Shown piece after piece: positions 53,461-64,000 of a DNA stretch of 64,000 bases. How positions within the stretch are numbered: the first letter of the stretch is position 1; the number at the start of each line of letters is the position of its first letter. Source of the DNA: the human T2T-CHM13v2.0 reference genome, Homo sapiens; assembly GCF_009914755.1 (NCBI RefSeq), contig NC_060931.1; one strand, given 5' to 3'. The notes beneath the pieces were generated by a model that was not told the origin of the DNA, ran no database searches, and worked only from the letters and a program-made list of their open reading frames with translations. The translations under genes were made by a program, and so were the position numbers.

Positions 53461-55138
53461 GTCTGAATATATATAAAAATGTTTGGAAAGAGATATAGCT
53501 ACAGTTAAAGATTGCTACCTCTGTCAGGTGTTGAAAATGGTAGGATTATGGGTGATTTTTACTTTTTGGATTCTCCTGAATTTACCAGTTAAAATTATAC
53601 ATATATATTAATGTTTCTTTTAATCAACCCTACTTTTTAAGTTAGTAGCCAGCAGTCTTTAGAAAATAAAAAAATGTAGTAAGTCTCTGGTAAAATTTGT
53701 GAAATAAATCCTCTAAGGACCATTAAAAAAATATTCCACAGAAACAGACGGCATAGTACTTCAGAGTTTTCTAAGTAATGGCACATAACTTTCTAAATTA
53801 TAAACAGCACTGTTTTATGTCCTCAACAGACTATAGCTACTCGAAGATAGTAAGTACAAGTTATTCAGGGTTTTTTGTTTTGTTTTGTTTTTCTTAACTG
53901 CCACTTCCTGACAGATTCTAGGGAAGAATAGGTGCTCAATAAGTTTTATGCTTTTAATATTTAAAGCATAAAATTATTGGAAAAGTAAAAGCTAGAAGTG
54001 GTGCTGACAGACAATAAAATGAACCATTTTAGAGACAAACAATGATACAAATAAGTACTGGGTTGTTTTTAAGATTTACTCAGTTTGTTTAAAATATTTT
54101 AGAATGAAAACTAAATCAATAATGTCCTCTCAGAACAACTTGAACTTTGCTTAGGTTGAGAGTGAAAAGCTTAATCAAAAGTTTAAAGGCAAAATAACCA
54201 AGGTAAATACCCTAAGTAAGAAGTTTCTTTTGAAATAGAAATTGTACTTTCTTTCCTTGAATATTTCCAATCTCTGCTTCTGTTCTTCTGTTATGTTTGT
54301 CAGAATCAGCACACAGCACCTTTCAAAAATGTTTTCTGAAGGTTTTTATCTGCTAAGGCTGTAAGCAGGCAACTTTTTAGCACAGATTTTGGGGTCATCT
54401 CAGAGTGTCAGACATGACACTTGCTGGTTTGCCAAGAGGTATCAGGCTCACCAGTGCTATCTGGTGTTTCTTTAACACTTATATTTGAATGTAGTTTGTT
54501 TTTATTTTGTACTTTAACTATATATCTAAGAGGAATACAGTTTTTACACTCATCCCAAAATATACATACACACACAACCTTAGACTCTTCATTCACAAAG
54601 TAGTACAATGGTAGGCTAAACAAATTGTTTTTCTTCTTTAAAGTTTGTAAACTCTTTTTTTTCTGAATTTACCAGTTAAAATTTTATATGTATAAAATGT
54701 ATACATATATATATACACACACACACACACACCCCTTTTGTACTTTTTTGGAAGATAAAATGCATGCTGGAAATTGAAAGTGTTTAATATTTAAAAGCCT
54801 AGCTATGAGGCTTCATTATCTGTAACATATTTAGAGTTCGCAGTTAAAAATATTTTACTGGAGACTTAAAATGTACAAGTATGGGATGTTTGTGTTCCAT
54901 ATTATGAATTGCTAAAATAGGCTAAAAGGCAGTAGGGAAACATTTTGTCTCTCTATATTTTTTTAAGTGCTCAGATAGAAGAGAGGTCCAAGTGATAAGA
55001 CCATTAGTTTGCTGCCCTTTCTCGGTGAAGAGAGAGGGGAAGGATCCCATTCAAATCCCTACATCCTGGGAGATTTTTGCACTGCATGTATCTGCCAAAG
55101 GACTTATACTCACAATATATAAAGAACTCCTGCTACTT

Positions 55139-55402
<264 letters not shown>

Positions 55403-56121
55403 GAACTCCAGCAACTCAATTAGAAAAAGACACACAAGAGCGAAATTCTGTCTCAAAAAAGAAAGAACTCCATCAACTAAATTAGAAAAAGACACACAAT
55501 CCAATATTTAAAAATGGGTTAAAGATGTGAACAGGCACTTCACAAAAGGGGAAACCCAAAGTCCAGTAGCTTGTAAAAAGGTTAACCTCATTAATCATCA
55601 GTGAATTGAAAATTAAAAGCACAATAAGATATCATTACAATGGTTTAAACTGACTATATCAAGAGTTGACAAAGATGGAGAGCAGTCACATACACTGATG
55701 GTGAAACACAAATGGTCTATCCACTTGGGAAACATTTTGGCAGAGAGAGGAACAAAAATTCATCTCACAGACAAGATGCTCAGTAAAAGAAGCTATACAC
55801 AAAAAGCACATACTTTTTATATGAAATAAGTCAGTGTAGTGATTACATCTGGGGGAGGGAGTTATAGACTGGGGAAGGCATAAGGAAGACTGGAATGTTC
55901 TGTATCTTGATCTGGATGGTTACACTAGTAAAACATCATCAAACTGTATGCTTGAGATTAGTGCACCCACTTTATTCTACATCTCTTATTCTGCAACTAA
56001 AAAAAAAATTTATTGTCTTTCCAATATTTGTCCAAATCTGGGAAGTTATTCAGTACAGGTATGCTATTCAGGACCTCCCTGGCAGGCTAATCATTAGATG
56101 TTTCATGACTGGCACAGAGAC

Positions 56122-56493
56122 TGTATTAGTCTGTTCTCACACTGCTAATAAAGACGTATCAGAGACTGGGTAACTTACAAAGAGTAAGAGGTTTAATGGA
56201 CTCACAGCTCCACATGGCTGGGGAGGCCTCACAATCATGGCGGAAGGCAAAGGAGGAGAAAAGTCACATGTTACATGGCAGCAGGGAAGAGATAATGAAA
56301 GCCAAGCAAAATGGGCTTCCCCTTATAAAATCATCAGATCTCGTGAGACTTACTCATTACCACTAGAACAGTATGAGGGAAACTGCCCCCATGATTCACT
56401 TAACTCCCAACGGGTCTTTCTCACAACACATGGGAATTATAGGAGCTACAATTCAAGGTGAGATTTGGGTGGGGACACAGCCAAACCATAACA
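56122..56493 (-). mobile_element. THE1 (THE1B/C-like) MaLR solo LTR
   Basis: TGTATTAGTCTGTTCTCACACTGCTAATAAAGAC...GGGGACACAGCCAAACCATAACA; perfect 5-bp TSD GAGAC (56117-56121 and 56494-56498). Confidence 0.95.
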
Positions 56494-58322
56494 GAGACCT
56501 CAGTTTTCCTTTGGGATCTGTTGCTGCTTCTTAGTAGTACTTTACCTAATTTCCATTTACATCAGTTTACTCATTGGTAAATGGGAGGATACTATGTTTG
56601 TCTCATACACTATTAATCAGGTAATATGCATGTGTGTAACTGCTTTGAAAAGTAAAACTATTATATGAATGTACACATTATTATTTTACAGCATTTGGAA
56701 GAATCCAAATTTCTCCAAGTAATGTTAAATATGTAACATTTTTATCACTGCCAACTCCCTGGACAGTTCTCAATTTCTTGAAACACGAAGAGTGGAAAGT
56801 TTGTAAGTAAGACAAAAAGTGTATAGTCATCTTCCTTTCACTCTATAGTACACTGCAAGAGACTCAAGGTATAGGCTTTATGGTCCTAACTCTTACCTTT
56901 CTCGCTGGGCGACCTTGGGTAATTTTGTGTATTTTATTTTTAATTGACAAATAATAACTATATATATATTCATGAGGTGCAATGTGATGTTTTGATAAAT
57001 GTATAAATTGTGGAATGATTAAATCAAGCTAATTAACATGTCCATTTTATCGAATCTAAATCTTAATGTACTACTAAAAAAGACAAATGACTGTCAAACT
57101 GACATGACACAATTTCTTATCATTCAGAAGTTTTAATTATGCCCATTAAAAGGGCTCTTGCAGACTTCTTCACATTTGGATTTTATCTATCATTCTTGAA
57201 CATACATTAAAAATTAAATTTGAAATGAAATAATTTGATGAAGGTATTCCAAGAATTTCTTCACATTCAGAGTCCTGCTCTTTCACATCCTTTTCTACTC
57301 AGAGTTGTTAGATGTCTGTGTTTTCCACACAATTTTGTCTTCTGTCCCATGAAGGGCACTGATGACAGAGCAGTAGAACTCTACTATGACCTCGAGGATT
57401 TTCATGCCTGCCATTGAGTAACTCTGCAAGTTTCAGGCACGTGGGCAGGCAATCACCACTGGATCAGGACTGATGCCTGCGAACAGTGACTTCAAAATGT
57501 GTTCTGTTTTCAAAGGCCCATTTGTGAAAAAATGGGCATCTTAGAACTGATCAAATGTGGTACTTCGCTCTTTGAACCTCTTTAATAAAATAATATTTAT
57601 CTTCACAGGATATGATAAAGATTAAATTAGATAAGGTTGAGGGTAGAGTATTTGAGTTTGAAAATAACTTTCCATGAAAAAATTTTAAATGTAGCCGCTA
57701 TTTCCAGGAACCTGTGTTGCTGATAAGTCTGCTGCTTTTTCACTTTGGGCCCCAAATCTGCTTCATACTATATTTATCAATCCAGCCATCCAATAAACAC
57801 TGAATATACAGCAAAAGAATGAAAATTTAACTAAGCACTATTTTTATTTGCTAAATCTGGCAAACTTATCACCTACCCTAATCTTAGTCTCTTCCAAAGA
57901 GGTAGTCCCTATTATCAGTTTGTTGTATATTCTTCCAGGTTTGGTTCTGTGAATTATATGAGATATACATGTACTTCAGATAAATGGAACCAACCAGACC
58001 GTACCTACAGTCCAAAAAATGGCTTTCCCCCAACTCAACACTGTGCCTTAAAGATAATTTCTTATAGGTCTATGTCATTCTTTTTAATTGTCACATAGTA
58101 TTCTATACATAGCAGTCTATTCAGCCATCCCTCTACTAATGAACTTAGATTATTTCCATTTTTTCCATTATAATTAATGCTACAGCAAATTTTCTTATTC
58201 ATGCCTCCTTTTGCCCTTGTACCAGGATTTCTCTGAGAAGTGAGAAGTCTCAGTCGCTGAACATATGTATTTTTAATATTAAAAGATACTTCCAGATTAC
58301 CTCCAAAATGCTTTAAAGGCAA

Positions 58323-58647
58323 AGCATCCCTAATCTGAAAATCCAAAATCCAAAATGCTCCAAAATCTAAAACCTCTTGAATGCCAACATGATGTCACAA
58401 GTGGAAAATTCCACGTTTAAGTACTTAACACAAACTTTGTTTCATGCACAGAAGTATAAATATTGTATAAAATTACCTTCAGGCTATGTGTATAAAGCAT
58501 AAATGAAAAATAATTTTGTGTTTAGACTTGGGACCTATCCCAAAGATGTCTCATTATATATACACAAATATTCCAAAATCTGAAAAAATACAAAATCCAA
58601 AACACAGTTCTGGTCCTAAGCATTTCAGATAAGAGATACTCAATCTG
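58323..58647. mobile_element. Tigger4/MER46-family MITE within an old L1M (~57870-58900)
   Basis: agcatccctaatctgaaaatccaaaatc...aagcatttcagataagagatactcaatctg inverted termini. Confidence 0.85.
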
Positions 58648-60854
58648 TTCCAATTTATAATCCCAACAGTTGGTGTACGAGACTATCCATTTCTTAACAG
58701 TCTCACCAACACCTGACATTATAAAACTTTTTATTTTTTTTGCTTGCCTCAATATGATGGGGGAAATATTTACTATCATTTTATTTTTCATTTCTCTTAT
58801 TGTAGTGAGATTTGGGCATTTTTTCATACTTCTTAACCAGTTATTTTTCTATATGCTCACAACTTATTATTTTAATAACCTAAAATCAGTATCAATTTTG
58901 CTGGATTGTATTTTGTAGAATCTATCTTTTTCCTATCTTTAAAAAAACACAGAATATTTCTCACTTCTAGTATTGTGGCACCTCTCCTAGATTCCATGAC
59001 TCCTCAAAGGTTACATGGGGCTCAGAAGTTGCAGCCACAAGTTATTGCAGTGCCCTGAGATATACCTTCCTATTCCAGGCCAAATTCAACAAGACTAAAC
59101 TATATAATCACCTTCCCCAAACTGATAATTAACTTACCTATTTCTGCTTTTCCTTTACTCCGGACAATGAGTAACCAAGTCCTGTCAAGTCTTCTCAATT
59201 TCTCATTTCCTTCCAATTAATCATCATTGCCCCACTCCAGGTACAGGCCCTGATTATTTCATTCCCAAACCAGAGGACCATTCTCTTTGACTGATCTCCT
59301 GTTGTAATTTCTCCTAAACGAGCACACTGCTACCAGATTAATCAGCTGAAAACACAACAATGGTATCAGCCACCCACCCAAGAGCTGCCTAATTTGAGTT
59401 TGAAACACAGTGCCTCCACAATCAAGTCCACTTCTCTCCTGCTTAACTGGCTTCTTGCACTCATCTCTCCAGATGTACCCAGCCTAATGGTGTCTTTCCC
59501 CAAGTGGAAACCAGCAAATCTTGAGCAAGACTTCAAATCTCTGGCTTCTGCTGGCTTGTGTCACTCATGCCTCAGAGTAACAGCTTCAATATTCTAAAAA
59601 AATTGCCACTTTCTTTAGGAAGCCAGTCCTTATTTTTCCCTCTTCTGAATTCCTGTGGCTTTTGTCATTTGTAACACACTGTATTCGTCATAAACTGCCT
59701 TATGTGGTGGCTATTTCTCTATGTATCTCATTCTCCCTTTCTAGATTTTAAATTATCTACAAGCTGTGTGTCCACATTAACATGCTGCTGCACAAGGACT
59801 TACAGAATAAATAAGATATAAAACTAGGTTGTATTTCTTCGCTAGGTAGGCTTTCTTGTTCCCATATAAAGCAGGCCAATAAAAGGTGATGTATTTTAAA
59901 TACATCAAATATTAGAACATTCTAAAAATTACCATTTCAATTTCATCAGCTACCATCAGGAAAGAATTGAGGGAAAATGCGCAGATGGTAATATACTATA
60001 TTATTCCCAGGGCTTTTACTTTTTAAGTGTTTCAATACACAATGGAAAATTCTTAAAATTAAATCTCTAAACTTATTGTGTGTTCTAATGGCATACTGCA
60101 TGTTCTATACTCAGAACTTTTACAGATAACAGGTTACAGAATATGGCTTTCCAGAGAATCTGAAGATTTTCAATAGTATTTCAAGAAGCAACTATTATAT
60201 CATCAGCAAGAAGGAGCAGGAAATGCAAAAAAGGCATTTTATAGTCAACAAACGCTCAAACCAGAAGGAAGAAAGGCCTTTAGGGACACCAAGTAGATCA
60301 AGTCATTTTGGCGGGCCATTAAAGGCTCCATGCAAAATCTAGCTGACATCACTTTAGGCAATTTTGATATGCCAGTATTATTACTGGTCAGACCCTTGGT
60401 ATAGTTCTATGATCAGTTGAAAAGCACATGGACGTAACTAGAAAATACACAAGAGAAGAATCTCCATCCTTTATATCATAGAATGCTGAACTGTCTACAA
60501 AATACTTTCTACATTTTAACTCATTTGACTTGCATATTTTAATCCTTGTTTTATGGATAAGAAAACTAGGGCTCAGAAAAGTCAAGTGACTTGCTCAAGT
60601 CACATGGCTAGTAACCAGGTGTCTTGTTGCTAGGGACTCTCTTTCATAACATAGAATAAATAAAATGAAATAAGCAGATGGTGTCTTTTGGCCTTAAGAC
60701 CTCTCAGTACTACAGTACTTCCTTAAATCTAGTTGAGGCACTGCTTCCTGAGGCCCCGTGGAAGGCAAATATATGACTACTCATATCCCACTCCCATTCC
60801 CCATCCACACCTATAGAATTAATGAATGTGATTTTGCAACTTAAGATCAAGTGA

Positions 60855-61455
<601 letters not shown>

Positions 61456-62164
61456 AACCAAAACCAAACAAACAAAAGATCAACTGAGAAAAAACAGATG
61501 CCAATGTCCAAAACCAAACCTGAAATTCTTCAGGGTATTCATATCAAATTCTCATTCCTATAATCACATGTACATTTTTGATCCTCTGAACCTCTTTTCC
61601 ACTTATATCTCATAGGGAACTTCTGACTGCTCTGCAGCACTTGGTGGGTGTGTCCTGTAAGTTTTTGAAGGCATTCTGCTGTACTGATTTGTAGCCTTCT
61701 TTAGTCCTGTGAGGGTATGCAATAAATGTTTACCAAATTGAATAAAAGCCACATGTTTATTCAACATACACCCTTATTTGACAAATACGCAAGTGATTAC
61801 CAGGGAAATAGGATAATAACTTTGATAGTGCATAGTGAGCACTACTGAAATGAAATGCAGAGACATAAATGATTACAATTCTTCATGGAGAAAAAATATA
61901 TACTGTACTTGGAATGAGGCTCTAGTTGAGGAGAATAAAATGTTAAGAATGAAAGTTCTAGTGAAGAGAGCATTACTGATTCTGGGGTAGGTCAGTCAAA
62001 TGAGGGCAAAGTTCAAACTAACATTGTTTTTAGAGCAATGTACAAGCAAGTATAGTAACACATTCAAACCAGTAATAAGATGTTTTAAATATAGGTCTTT
62101 ATTCTAGGAAATAATTCTACATGAGTGAGAAAAACACATTTATATGGCTTTTGGAAAGTCCACC

Positions 62165-62325
62165 GAACTAGAATAATAGGAACTTGGTTACAGTCCTAGC
62201 ACAGTACTAACTGCATGACTTTGGGCAACTCACCACCCTCTTCGGGACCCACTTCCTTAAACATAAAGTGGGGAGAGGCTGGGCTACATATATTCCAAGG
62301 AATTTTCCAACTCTAAAAATGTTAT
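62165..62325 (+). mobile_element. MIR/MIR3 fragment
   Basis: actaactgcatgactttgggcaactcac..ttccaactctaaaa. Confidence 0.65.
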
Positions 62326-64000
62326 AATTTCACTGATTTGTGTATAAGTGATACCTTCAGGACTCTAAAATGGCCTCCTGAGTAGGTTAAAAATGATTCC
62401 TCCAGTTTTGGTTACAATCCTAATTTGTGGATTCCACTTTGATCAACCTTGCCAGCTTCTCAAGATTTCAATTTGGGTTGCCACTACGCCATATTTTGAA
62501 AATTACAAGAAAGAGTAAAACGGGAATGGGCTGACTTTACATGATCTATGAGTCACAGTGATAAAACCTTATTGTAACAAGCCATTTCTAAACAAAAGTA
62601 ACACAAATAAATGAATTTACGTCACAATGTGGAAGGCAAACCTTTTTCAGCATCCTAGTCACCTTTTGAGACCTGATGGAATGACCTGACAGAACAACTG
62701 GAATGCTGGTTTTGAAAATGTCTTGTTATAGTCACAGTGTGATCTGAATTGGTTTTTGCAAGCCTTTCTTTGGCTTAATTCAGTTTTCGCAATATAAAAA
62801 TTTACCTGGCATAAAGGAAGTTTTTAAAAAAAGGATTTAATGATACTTAATGACAGAGTTTTCAACAGCTAATAAGCCATTCATTCCTAGGTTTTGAGGC
62901 AGAACATGGATTACCAGCTAAACTACTACACGATTTATTTCCTGTACAGACGTCATATTTGATCATTACAAGAATTGATAATAAAAGTTATGACTTGGGA
63001 GGTCTTCGTATTTTTTTACAAAGGAAATAGACACAGATTCTAATATATACAAAACACTAACTAGACAAATTCCTGGAGTGCTTTCTGAATTGCCGAGAGG
63101 AACAACGTCATATAAAAATTCCTTCGAAATGCTAAAATTCCATTTCTAGTGGTCTCTCATAATCTTCCTTTGTTCTCAAATAAAGGTGTAAAATATTTTG
63201 TCACACAAGAAAAACTGCTAAGAAGTCTTAAGGTGATGATGAATCTCCTACTTTGGATACTAGATTATTGCTGATATTTTAAGAAGAAAAGAAGTGTTCG
63301 AGATACATTTTGTCTTGAACTAAGTTGGGCTCTAATTCACAATTGTGTTAAAGTTCATGTATCATGTGTAAAAGTTGTACATCATACCCTCAGATTTTTT
63401 TTAAGCAGGATTTTTTCATTGGAGAGAAGATAATTTAACTGGAGACTATCCTAATTCAATGATAACAATACAGCAAAAGTAACCATAAACAGGTAACAAT
63501 TAACAGAGATCTGTGAGGAAACAGCATAAAAACTGTTATCACATACGCAGTTTTATTAACTTTTTGCAAATAAATTAGGCTGTATCTTTGTAAAGCACAC
63601 AGTATGTATTCCTCAATGGTTGTAAAGTAAATATGCAGTGATAAGAGTATATTCTCCTTAACTCTGAAAATAATTTTAGGGATGTTAAGCAAACAACAAT
63701 ATATTTTATGAATGGCCAAAATCTAATGAAAAACTTTTATTTCTGAATCCTATCATTTATACCATGTGGTTTAATAATAATACAATTAAATATATGTCTT
63801 CATTTCATTTCTGAATTTATTTTATACACTTAAGAGGATTATAATAATTAAAATTATAAAAATAAATTACCTTAATGGCCCAGAGGGCACGGAAATGCTA
63901 AAACATTTATGTTAAGTAGGAGTTAACTCATTAAAGAGCACTGACAAAGATATAAAAATTATATTTAATTCTACTATGGTGACTTAGATGAAATGAAAAC

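Overview
AT-rich, repeat-dense primate DNA, almost certainly human. It lies inside the CDK6 gene, which is transcribed on the minus strand. Only one coding exon is present: 37598-37765 (-), 168 nt, phase 0/0, encoding D124-V179 with the HRD, DFG and T177 motifs (exon 4 in the usual numbering, from memory). The rest is intron: about 18 Alus, L1, L2 and MIR fragments, hAT and Tigger DNA-transposon fossils, MaLR LTRs, microsatellites and a few repeat-free enhancer-like blocks. All other ORFs in the track look spurious. The most striking structure is a U6 snRNA-AluY chimeric retrocopy (13371-13797, -). It has one shared TSD at a TT/AAAA site and is nested in an old hAT-Tip100 (Zaphod-like) element. 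Other leads: a sense-oriented THE1 solo LTR with a splice donor upstream of an exon starting GAT-ATG-ATG; inverted Alus flanking the stop-free 56-codon exon; a 204-nt pure purine Alu tail that forms a candidate cryptic acceptor; and several templated-insertion or tandem-duplication scars. I see no evidence for a wholly new gene system. Repeat subfamily names come from recalled consensus sequences and were not checked by search. Boundaries of old repeats are approximate.
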